DNA from: Opitutales bacterium | Lineage (GTDB): Bacteria; Verrucomicrobiota; Verrucomicrobiia; Opitutales; JABSRG01 | Direction of reading: 5' to 3' | Length of the DNA: 48,295 nucleotides | Assembly: GCA_049599475.1 (NCBI GenBank) | Contig: JBMYOQ010000023.1 | Span: 1-48,295 of the forward strand | Part shown: in pieces, positions 10,377 through 19,169 of the stretch | Position numbering within the stretch: position 1 is the first letter of the stretch | Layout: each line of letters starts with the position of its first letter | The notes under the pieces: model-generated | What the model was told of the DNA's origin: nothing | The model's database searches: none | The model's input: the letters and a program-made list of their open reading frames with translations, nothing else | Made by a program: the position numbers and the translations under genes

Positions 10377-11825
10377 ATGAAAATCGAACAGTACAAGAAA
10401 AAAGGCTCTATCTCTACGGCTCTAGGTTTATTAGTCTGTGGTTTTCTTGGGGGGATTGTTTTTGCAGACGACCGACCCAATATCGTCTTCATTCTTGCCG
10501 ATGATCTTGGGTGGGGAGATTTTAGTAGTTACGGGCATCCCGAGCTAGAGACGCCGAATATTGATCGTATCGCTGAAGAGGGGAAACTCTTCACTCAATT
10601 TTATGTGAGCTCAGGGGTTTGCTCTCCGAGTCGAGTAGCCTTTACTACAGGGCAATTCCCAGCACGGCATGGTGTGCACGCGCACTTCTCAAGTGTGATT
10701 GAAAATCAAGAGCGCAATATGCCTAACTATCTCGATCCGACCGTTACGACGCTTCCTCGTTTGCTTCAGGAAAGTGGATACGCCACTGCGCATTTCGGCA
10801 AGTGGCACATGTCCTCATGGGGAGCGGATTCAGATTCACCTGAGCCGACTGCTTACGGTTTTGACAAATCTTTGGGGTATCTCTCTACAGGCCCGCAACT
10901 GTTGGAAGATATGAAAAAAGACCCTTACTTCCGAGCGAAGACAACGGAAGCAATCGTCGACGAAACAATACAATTTTTTAAGGACAATCCGGATAAGCCC
11001 GTCTTCGTGAATGCGTGGACGCTCATTCCACATACTATCTTGAATCCGACCCCTGAGCAAATGGAGCCTTTCATGAAGTTTGCTCCCAACATTCCGGGGA
11101 CCCCTCATGCGGGCGCCAAGGTCGTCTACTATTCAACGATTGCTGATTTTGATACTCAGCTTGGCCGCTTGGTAGATACCCTTGATGAAATGGGTGTGGG
11201 GGATAATACCATTATAATTATCACTAGCGACAATGGGCCTGAAGATTTTATGCTTGAGGGGCACCAGTCGTCGCACGCGGGCTTGGGCTCTCCAGGACCT
11301 TTCCGTGGTCGCAAGCGAAGCCTCTATGAGGGCGGCATACGTGTGCCACTCGTGGTAAGGTGGCCGGCTAAGATGGAAGCAGATGTTGTGGATGACTCAG
11401 TCATTACAGCAGTCGACTTTTTGCCTACTTTCGCCAAGATTGCTGGCGTAGAATTGCCTGCCGGTTCCTATGTGTCAGACGGCGAAGATATGAGCCTAGC
11501 GCTGATCGGAGATGGTTTCGATCGCGTGAAGCCATTAACGTGGGCTTTTGATTTTGAAATGACGATGGGGCATCCCATCCATAAAAATCCGTCTTTGGCA
11601 ATTCGTGATGGTGACTGGAAATTGCTCAAAAATCCAGATGGGAGCCGCGTTGAGCTCTATAATATTCCTAACGATATCATGGAGGTAGACAACGTGGCTA
11701 AGGACTACCCAGGGCTTGTTGACCAACTGTCTAAAAAATTGATGAACTGGTATAACTCGATGCCTCAGGCTCCAGTTATAAAGGAAGCAGGGTCCAACGA
11801 TTATCCATGGCCCGGTACTTTCTAA
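10377..11825 (+). CDS. Secreted Cys-type formylglycine-dependent (S1) sulfatase
   Basis: Signal peptide; PNIVFILADDLGWGD, CSPSRVAFTTG (CxPxR), GYATAHFGKWH, TSDNG, GRKRSLYEGGIRVP. Confidence 0.95.
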   Translation: MKIEQYKKKGSISTALGLLVCGFLGGIVFADDRPNIVFILADDLGWGDFSSYGHPELETPNIDRIAEEGKLFTQFYVSSGVCSPSRVAFTTGQFPARHGVHAHFSSVIENQERNMPNYLDPTVTTLPRLLQESGYATAHFGKWHMSSWGADSDSPEPTAYGFDKSLGYLSTGPQLLEDMKKDPYFRAKTTEAIVDETIQFFKDNPDKPVFVNAWTLIPHTILNPTPEQMEPFMKFAPNIPGTPHAGAKVVYYSTIADFDTQLGRLVDTLDEMGVGDNTIIIITSDNGPEDFMLEGHQSSHAGLGSPGPFRGRKRSLYEGGIRVPLVVRWPAKMEADVVDDSVITAVDFLPTFAKIAGVELPAGSYVSDGEDMSLALIGDGFDRVKPLTWAFDFEMTMGHPIHKNPSLAIRDGDWKLLKNPDGSRVELYNIPNDIMEVDNVAKDYPGLVDQLSKKLMNWYNSMPQAPVIKEAGSNDYPWPGTF

Positions 11826-11935
11826 GTAGGAATAAGAGCTCTCGGATTAGTACCGGAGAGCGATAGCTCTCCAAACAAAAAATAAAAATTTTAATACAAA
11901 CGAATCGATCTTTGGTTAAGGTGATATAACCAATT

Positions 11936-12014
11936 AATGCTGGGTAGGCTGGATACGGGCCTATCTCTTGGGGAAGGATGGTATGGATCTGAATACCCAG
12001 CATTTTCTTTTTTT
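11936..12014 (+). ncRNA. Candidate small structured RNA or long terminator hairpin
   Basis: An 11-bp terminal stem (AATGCTGGGTA/TACCCAGCATT) with inner pairings ends in a T-tract. An extended -10-like TGaTATAAC lies at 11922-11930. Confidence 0.3.
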
Positions 12015-12140
12015 ACCCAAATAGTTCTACAGAAATTGAATATGGATATTCATCTGATCTATAAAGCTTATGAGACTTTCGAGAGCGATGGTTCAAAGGG
12101 GGGCCTCGATCTCGAATATACCTATAAACAGTACTGTTAA

Positions 12141-12202
12141 CCAGGGGCCAGAGAGGTCTCCTGCTGCATAGGGAGTGCAGAGGAGGCCTCTACGGTCGCT
12201 GG
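12141..12202. repeat. Long imperfect hairpin, probably REP/REPIN-derived
   Basis: AGAGGTCTCCT-g-CTGCA...TGCAG-AGGAGGCCTCT, followed by AC (GTAG on the minus strand). Outer pairing CCAGGGGCC/GGTCGCTGG. Confidence 0.5.
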
Positions 12203-12389
12203 GTTGGTAGGTCGCATTGAGCTGCGCTTAACTCCCTGGTTTCGCGTTTTGTATACTTTTTCAAGAACTAGGAGCATGAAGCTCGGATATTCAAGTGATC
12301 GCAATAACATCTGTGCTAGTAACGAATTTCTCTTAAAAGCTGAATACAAGATTGGACGCTGATCTTAATATTCTATAAATGTCATAAAT

Positions 12390-13028
12390 ATGAAATTACA
12401 ACCGAAGCAAACCCTTCTTTTTATTGGAGATTCTATCACTGACTGTGATCGCCCGCGTCCTCACGGAGAAAACATTGCTTGGTGTGGTTTAGGGCAAGGA
12501 TATGTTTCGCTCGTGGACGCTCTGTTGGGGGTTGAATACCCTGACGTCGTCTTAAGCGTGAAAAATACAGGGATTAACGGCAATCGTGTCATCGATCTCG
12601 AAAAACGCTGGACCGAGGATGTGCTTGCGCACAAGCCTGATTGGCTTTCGATCATGATTGGGATCAATGATGTATGGCGCCAGTTCGATAGTCCAACGAT
12701 TGAGCAAGTGGATATTGTGAAGTTCGAAAAGGTGTATCGTTCCTTGATCGAGAAGACGTTGCCCTCATTAAAAGGCTTGGTGTTGATGACGCCCTTTTTG
12801 ATTGAGCCCAATATCAATGATCCTATGCGTGCTATGATGAGCGAGTATGGTGCAGTCACCGAGAAGCTTGCGGGTGAGTACGGCGCGGTCTTTGTCGACA
12901 CGCAGGCAGCCTTCGATGCCTTTCTCGAGCACCGTTCTAATATGACCCTCTGTGCTGATCGCGTGCATCCCAATATGGTAGGGCACATGATTCTCGCTCG
13001 TGCGTTTGTTAGAGCCATTCAAGGCTAA
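12390..13028 (+). CDS. SGNH/GDSL hydrolase (putative carbohydrate esterase), cytoplasmic
   Basis: FIGDSITD (block I), NTGINGN, IGINDVW (block III), DRVHP (block V); no signal peptide. Confidence 0.92.
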   Translation: MKLQPKQTLLFIGDSITDCDRPRPHGENIAWCGLGQGYVSLVDALLGVEYPDVVLSVKNTGINGNRVIDLEKRWTEDVLAHKPDWLSIMIGINDVWRQFDSPTIEQVDIVKFEKVYRSLIEKTLPSLKGLVLMTPFLIEPNINDPMRAMMSEYGAVTEKLAGEYGAVFVDTQAAFDAFLEHRSNMTLCADRVHPNMVGHMILARAFVRAIQG

Positions 13029-13054
13029 TCGGATGGATTCTTTGTGGTATCTAG

Positions 13055-13139
13055 GGTAGGGCTGTCTCTCCGAGACGGCCGCTGAGAGACTCTGGATTCT
13101 CCCGAAACCCTGCGGCTGTCTCGGAGAGACCGCCCTACC
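13055..13139. repeat. REPIN (inverted REP doublet) between convergent genes
   Basis: GGTAGGGCTGTCTCTCCGAGACGGCCGC ... GCGGCTGTCTCGGAGAGACCGCCCTACC, a 28-bp near-perfect inverted repeat with GTAG ends. Confidence 0.85.
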
Positions 13140-13168
13140 AAAGCTAGACGTGGTTTAAAGACTTAGGA

Positions 13169-16100
13169 CTACTCAGTACTCACTTCGACTCGACCAAAAC
13201 GCATGCCATTGGGTGCGGTTTCTGTGGTGTATGTATCGAGTACAGTGATACGTTCCCAATCGCTGCTTAGGGGATCCACCGATGAGGGAGCGTGTTCAAT
13301 CCAAGTCGAGAGCTCGTCGGAGAAAAAGGCGGTGTAGTCGATTCCTGATGCGGCTCGAGATATGCGGCGCGGATATATGATCTGCAAGCGCTGGTCGCCC
13401 GAGTCATCGATGAGCTCGATCCTCGGCAGTCCGAAGGGACCTTCGGCGGGGACGGGCAGGTTCGGATCGTAGATGGGGCGAAGGTGTTCCGTGGGGTCGA
13501 GATTGAAGGCATATTCAGCGATGTTTGGTATGCCATCTCGGTCCTCATCCAGATAGGCTTCGGCGAGGGTTAGTGCATAGTTGTCGAGCCATAGCATGAA
13601 TGGTGTGCTGACATCCTGGATGCTCGCGATACCTAAATTATCTCGGATCCCCATATTGTTCGAAGGGTCGCTCAGTGTCACGTAGAACGCCTCATCGGGG
13701 TCGACTACTTGATCCATTAAAATCGGGATATTAATCTGCGCCGAAGTTTCACCAGCAGCGATGTGTGCAGTGCCGCTTTGTGCTGTGTAATCACTGCTCG
13801 CGGAGGCCGTATTGTCCTGTGTTGTGTAGTCGAAACTGACCGTTGATATATTCGGTAGATCTAAAGTCGCAGTCAGCGTTGCGTTCCCCGCGTCCTCATC
13901 GACAGATATATCGTCGATTCGGAGTTTCGAGTATTCGAACGCCTCTATTCCAGTTCTTGATTGGAGCCTCCATTCCAAAAGTATGCCGGTATCGGCGGTT
14001 GCGCGGTCTGCGACGGTGATCTCCCAAGTTCCTGCCATGTTTATTCCGTCAAACACAGAGAGAGGGTTCTCAGGAATATATCTTTCCCATAGGGTATAGG
14101 GAGCTCCGTTTCCGACATCATTCAAAGCTTCATCGTCTAGGATGATTTTTATATCGTCGGCAGTTCCAGAAGAGGGTCTTGAAATGACGGTGGAGGAGGC
14201 TCCAGAATCGACATGTCTCAAAGTCACGATGAGGTCCCCCACATAAGTATGCTCGATATCGAGATACAGATCCAGGTCTTCAATCGTTTGATTACTTGTG
14301 ACGAGTAGAGTATCGGTAACGCCTGCACTTACATTATCGGGTATAGCAAGGTTTGGCTGGCGGATCTCTTCGACGAGAGCGTTGTATTGGAAAAGAAATG
14401 CATCTTCTGAAATATATTCAGATCCACTCGGATTTGTTATTACGAGATCCCAATATCCTGAGGTGACGCTCGACAGGTCAACGGATCCAGAAATCTTATG
14501 CGGCTCGACAACGATATTACTGAGAGCGATATCGCTTTGCCCAGGTCTCCGAAGTGCTAGATTTGCGCCTAGAAGAAACCCGCTGCCCTCCACCTCAAGG
14601 GTCGTCTTTTCGAGGGAAGTGGCGCTTGGGCTTATGCTGGATACCGTTATTGCTTGTTCTGGGTCACTGCCGTCGGGTCCCGAGAGGATCAGGCTATATT
14701 TTTGGCTGCCGTTTTGCAGACTGCCCGCATGACTGACCTCTACTGTATAGACTCCCATTTCTGAAGGGTTTTCTACGAGGACCATCTCCACGGTGTCCGT
14801 AGTGTTGATTCCACGCGCAGCGTTTGTGTCGATCTTTTTATTATTAAATCCAGATGTGACGAATTTCATCACGTAGGGGAGGTGTTGGACGGCGCTTGGG
14901 CTGAGGATACGGACGTTTAGATCATTCGTAATATCAGGGGTGCGATCATTGGCGGAACCACTACTCGTTCCTGTAGGGCCCGCAGGGTCCCACCATGTCA
15001 AGGTTGCACGGATTGGGGCGGTGCCGCTGTAGGTGAATGTGTAATCATGGACTTCTCCCTGACCTAATTCAGCTTCAACCATGCGCCTAGACGCTGGATT
15101 ATCTGCATATCCCTTAATAACTTTTGCTGAGGCTAGGGTGTTCATCAGGCCCCATCCGAACTTATAGTCTGGACCCGTTTTGCCTCGATCGTCAGCGCCA
15201 TGGATGATGAGTCCCTTTAGAGTCGCTGCGCGCATATAGTGCCTAGGGAACCGTTTGTTGAAGTAGTCTTGTAGAAGCACCGCAGAGCCTGCTGCATTGG
15301 GTGATGCCATGCTCGTGCCGGTCAATGATCTGTAGCCGGACGTGCCAACAGTGGAATAAACATTGTCGCCGTTTGCGGTGATGTCTGGTTTTATTCTGCC
15401 GTCATCAATAGGTCCTCGAGAGCTCGAGCCGACTAACCCGGCTCCTGAAGTGAAGGTTCCGTCTGAGGCACGCTGAGCGTTCTTAGCATTCGCCACGGCC
15501 ATTAGGTTTTTGGCCTCTTTTTGAGACGTTGTGATCGTGTCCCAGTTATTGCCAGAATTCCCCGCTGAGAAGAAGTGAAGGTAGTAGGGAGTGTCAAAGA
15601 GAGCGGTGTCCATACTCGCGTCGGAAGCAGAGTAGGCACCCCCTCCACCCTTACTTACGGCGCCGCCTAGTGAAGTATTGCCAATGATGGATTTTCCATC
15701 TTCTCCAGGATAGCTCATCCCGTATCCGTAGATATCGCTCGTGGATTGTCCAATAAAGGAGAGTATGTCCACCTTAGGGGCCATTCCCTGTGCGCGCGGA
15801 TCGATGCCTGCTGCGCCGATCGTTCCTGCGACATGAGTCATGTGGTTGCGGTCTCCAAAATCATTTGTCCTCATGATCGTCACCCGATCTTCAAACTCGG
15901 CGTGCATGTATATCGTGCCGGAATCGTTTACATTTACCTGAAAACCAGATCCGTTGATGTCTGGTCCAAACACGGAGTCGAAACTGGCCTGCTCGCGGAC
16001 ATAGCTCGCTGCTGTCGAGATGGCAGCTTTGTCATTCTCCGGCATGGAATAATACGGGGATCCATCCTCGTGAAAACCGATTATTGTATAATGCCTGCCG

Positions 16101-16636
16101 CTGGAGTCGGTGCCGTTTCGCTTGAGGCCCAATTCACTGATCCGGGCGATGACCGCCGCTTCTTGGAGCTGCTCCAACTCGATAAGCCGTGCGGTAAACC
16201 GTGCTCTGTCATCCCCGTGCAGAGGCGACGGAAATTGATTTCGCTCTTCGACGATAATCGCGCTGAAAGTCTCCTTCACGGTGATTTCCGGCTGATCGTA
16301 TTGTTCCCATACGGAGCGATAGAGCTTGATCTGATCGTCGTCTAGAGCACGCGTGTAGGTGGGAAGCGGGCTTTGTGCAGCCTGAGGGGAACTGCTTACG
16401 TTTGTTTTTTGAGAATTCGTCTTCGCGGCGGTGCTCGGATTTGGACTTCCGGCTATAGGTGAGGGTGTCACAGATTCATTTTCTGTGGAGTTATCTCTAT
16501 TTTGACTGCCCTCGAATGCCCCTTCAGCTGTTTGTTTGTCATCGGAAAAAGAGTATGACCCTATCTTGAGGACGAGCAGCGAGATAAGAGCAATGCATGC
16601 TGTTGAAAATAGAAAACAGAGTATCGAATTTTTCAT
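13169..16636 (-). CDS. Secreted subtilisin-like S8 serine peptidase with IPT-like, P-proprotein convertase, Calx-beta and verrucomicrobial C-terminal domains
   Basis: Catalytic triad VNVNDSG / NHMTHVAGTIGA / GTSMASP, oxyanion FSAGNSG, SSRGPIDDGRIKPDI. P-domain LDIEHTYVGDLIVTL..GTWEITVAD; Calx-beta VDEDAG..DYTTQDNTA..EAFYVTLS. Confidence 0.92.
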   Translation of the reverse strand: MKNSILCFLFSTACIALISLLVLKIGSYSFSDDKQTAEGAFEGSQNRDNSTENESVTPSPIAGSPNPSTAAKTNSQKTNVSSSPQAAQSPLPTYTRALDDDQIKLYRSVWEQYDQPEITVKETFSAIIVEERNQFPSPLHGDDRARFTARLIELEQLQEAAVIARISELGLKRNGTDSSGRHYTIIGFHEDGSPYYSMPENDKAAISTAASYVREQASFDSVFGPDINGSGFQVNVNDSGTIYMHAEFEDRVTIMRTNDFGDRNHMTHVAGTIGAAGIDPRAQGMAPKVDILSFIGQSTSDIYGYGMSYPGEDGKSIIGNTSLGGAVSKGGGGAYSASDASMDTALFDTPYYLHFFSAGNSGNNWDTITTSQKEAKNLMAVANAKNAQRASDGTFTSGAGLVGSSSRGPIDDGRIKPDITANGDNVYSTVGTSGYRSLTGTSMASPNAAGSAVLLQDYFNKRFPRHYMRAATLKGLIIHGADDRGKTGPDYKFGWGLMNTLASAKVIKGYADNPASRRMVEAELGQGEVHDYTFTYSGTAPIRATLTWWDPAGPTGTSSGSANDRTPDITNDLNVRILSPSAVQHLPYVMKFVTSGFNNKKIDTNAARGINTTDTVEMVLVENPSEMGVYTVEVSHAGSLQNGSQKYSLILSGPDGSDPEQAITVSSISPSATSLEKTTLEVEGSGFLLGANLALRRPGQSDIALSNIVVEPHKISGSVDLSSVTSGYWDLVITNPSGSEYISEDAFLFQYNALVEEIRQPNLAIPDNVSAGVTDTLLVTSNQTIEDLDLYLDIEHTYVGDLIVTLRHVDSGASSTVISRPSSGTADDIKIILDDEALNDVGNGAPYTLWERYIPENPLSVFDGINMAGTWEITVADRATADTGILLEWRLQSRTGIEAFEYSKLRIDDISVDEDAGNATLTATLDLPNISTVSFDYTTQDNTASASSDYTAQSGTAHIAAGETSAQINIPILMDQVVDPDEAFYVTLSDPSNNMGIRDNLGIASIQDVSTPFMLWLDNYALTLAEAYLDEDRDGIPNIAEYAFNLDPTEHLRPIYDPNLPVPAEGPFGLPRIELIDDSGDQRLQIIYPRRISRAASGIDYTAFFSDELSTWIEHAPSSVDPLSSDWERITVLDTYTTETAPNGMRFGRVEVSTE

Positions 16637-16739
16637 TTCACGAGAGAGAAATTCAGGAGCTTAATACCTATGGTCTGTTTCTATCTCTTAATTCAGCTCA
16701 GGCTATATCGCGGGTATCCAATAATGACTCTCAGAGTCG

Positions 16740-18620
16740 CTAAGGCATTGTATGTTGCAGGCGACTGGAAACTGTGACTTTGCTCTGATTGTCGCTTGCA
16801 AGAGCGAACCAATAGATGCCTTCTGGACCTGTTTCTGGCAACGTGGATGAGTAGGTGGCTTTTCCCGCTTCCTCAACCTTAGCCTCTTTCCACGCACGTT
16901 TACGCCAGTCTGCATCCGTATCTACCGTATAATATAGTTTTGGAAAATCAGTGCCTACATGAGACTTGATGGTGAAACGAACGGATTTTAAATTCGAAAC
17001 ACTCTCCTCAACTTTAATTTCAGGAAATGGGACTCCCTCGTTTTTTAAATGGTAAGCGAAATATGGGGTTTCCATTCCCAAATACCCTGGCTTGTTTTTT
17101 GCGATCGTTCCTCCCGGGACGCTAGCCTTGTGGTTTTCGTTTGGAGCCAATAACAAGTTGGTGGGCCCCGGAATTGCGCTCAGGGTGCGTTCGATTGCGA
17201 TCGGCCAGAAATGGCTGTCATTGGTGGCACCTACAATGAAATAGGGGGCCGTAATGTTGGATGCACGACGTCCTGCATCGATATATTTCAGCCACATCTC
17301 CTTTTCGGGCCCTGCCATCTTGTTGATTTGATTTGCGAGTGCCGAATCTTCTAAGAAGCCACATCCGTAAACGGAAAAAGCTGCCGCTAGACGATCTCCG
17401 AGTAGTCCGGCGACGGCAGTGGTTGTAAAACCACCCCACGAAATACCCGTCAGTCCGATTTTTGAGGATTCCACCTTGGGGTGCTTTTCCAGGAGCTGAA
17501 AGGCTTTTACCCCAGCTATGAAGGCATCCATCAGTGGGCTGCTCGCCGCATCTGGAGAAGCCGAAAATCTATTGAATCCGTAGGGTAATCGGGCCACACC
17601 TTCGGCATGATGTGACTTCGATGGGTGGGTCACTCCGGGGATTGAGATACTCATCGCTACGTATCCCTGTTTTGCCCAGGCTATGGTTTGGTCTTCCTCT
17701 GCAGTTCCTGTGCCTCCATGCAAAATGAGGATACCAGGATAACGGCCCGGAGCCTTCGGTTCAGCGACTATGGTGTACACTTCTGATTTTAATAAATCAT
17801 ACGCGGGCATTGCAGGGCGTGCCAAAAATGTAAGTTTTTGGACGTTTATATTATCCGTTGTTTCCTGTCCTACTTTTTTAACAACAACGGGAACTGTTCT
17901 GTCGAGAAACAGACTTATCGGGTCTGTATTGATGGGGATTCTCTTGCTGGGGTCGCGCTGTTTTCCTGCAAGTTCGTTAAGCACTTTATATTTGTCTGAG
18001 TTCTCAGGCATCTCAAATGCCGTTTCACCACTCGTGATTTTAAGATTATCTACCTTTGCTAAGCGACCAAATGCGATTTGATCGATGCTCTGTTGATAGA
18101 GGGATGGCACACTGTAGATGCCTTGAAGTTTGCCGTTCACGTAAGCGACCACATTGTCCATTTCCTTGGTAGGTGTTATGTCTAGGCGCACTTTTGTCCA
18201 GATGCCGAGCGCTTGCTTTCGCTGAATGATATGAGATCCAGTCCCCGCTATAGTTTCGATCTGCACTCGATAATTCACTGTCAGGAGTCTGAATAGCTCA
18301 AAATCGCTCAGTCTAATTGAGAGAAATGTCGACCAGTTTTGTTGTTTGAGTGCTTGATATTCAAACTCGAGAGATAAAGCTTCTTTTACAGGTGAAAACG
18401 TATATGAAGTCGTTGCCTTGGCCTTACTTGATTCGTTTACGGCCGAGCCTTGTAGGTAGCGATTCCCATCTTTCTCGGTATTGATCAGGCTTTCTTCGCT
18501 CCAACCTACGGGGGTGCCCTTGTTTGACTCAAAATCGCTTTCAAAGACAATAGAAGAAGCTGTTAGGGCATGCGTTAAGGAAAGGAATCCTGCGATGTAA
18601 AGTGAGATTGACCTATTCAT
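16740..18620 (-). CDS. Secreted alpha/beta-hydrolase (acetylxylan esterase/dienelactone hydrolase-like) with N-terminal beta-sandwich module
   Basis: Signal peptide; PGILILHGG, nucleophile elbow GLTGISWGG, ATNDSHF, NENH. N-terminal ConA/LamG-like pattern (FESDFE..WTKVRLDI..AYVNGK..VDNLKI). Confidence 0.8.
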   Translation of the reverse strand: MNRSISLYIAGFLSLTHALTASSIVFESDFESNKGTPVGWSEESLINTEKDGNRYLQGSAVNESSKAKATTSYTFSPVKEALSLEFEYQALKQQNWSTFLSIRLSDFELFRLLTVNYRVQIETIAGTGSHIIQRKQALGIWTKVRLDITPTKEMDNVVAYVNGKLQGIYSVPSLYQQSIDQIAFGRLAKVDNLKITSGETAFEMPENSDKYKVLNELAGKQRDPSKRIPINTDPISLFLDRTVPVVVKKVGQETTDNINVQKLTFLARPAMPAYDLLKSEVYTIVAEPKAPGRYPGILILHGGTGTAEEDQTIAWAKQGYVAMSISIPGVTHPSKSHHAEGVARLPYGFNRFSASPDAASSPLMDAFIAGVKAFQLLEKHPKVESSKIGLTGISWGGFTTTAVAGLLGDRLAAAFSVYGCGFLEDSALANQINKMAGPEKEMWLKYIDAGRRASNITAPYFIVGATNDSHFWPIAIERTLSAIPGPTNLLLAPNENHKASVPGGTIAKNKPGYLGMETPYFAYHLKNEGVPFPEIKVEESVSNLKSVRFTIKSHVGTDFPKLYYTVDTDADWRKRAWKEAKVEEAGKATYSSTLPETGPEGIYWFALASDNQSKVTVSSRLQHTMP

Positions 18621-19169
18621 TCGTTATTTTGGAAAATCGGACAGTCTTTAGCGGAGATGTGGAGAAAAAGACATCTCCCTTAAAGGCGGAAAAGTTGTCT
18701 CTGGAGTAGACTCTAAAAGGCAATGAGGGCATGGAAATCGATGGAAAAGGGCTTGTCTGTATGCCCTAAAAGTATCTGATAAATAGATACGCATAGTTGC
18801 TATAACGGACGGCTCGATGAACTACATAAGGTTGTCGTTTATCGGATAGGGTCGAGCTGGTTCCCGGAAGAGCGTCAGTTATTGTTGTGAGAGGGCAAAA
18901 AAGACACTTTCCAATGAATATCGTTCTTTATCTTTGTTGCGATGGTCTGATTGCGAAAAATCTATAAATTATGCGCAAGCTTCTAGAGGATGAGATTCGT
19001 GTCTGAAAGATCTCGCCGTTGTCTGGGCTCAACGTTGAAATTCAATTTCGCACATGCGGTTCGGGTTTCGCATTTTGGTGGGTGTGTTGCATGTAAAAAA
19101 TACGTTATGTTTTAGGGTCACGGCTGACAGTAACTTGAATGGCCAATTTATACCCAGAAAACCCCACAC

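Noticed and set aside
11855..11887. GGAGAGC-GATA-GCTCTCC hairpin as the sulfatase terminator
   Set aside because: It is followed by an A-tract on the plus strand, and the T-tract precedes it on the minus strand, so it is not a canonical terminator in either direction.
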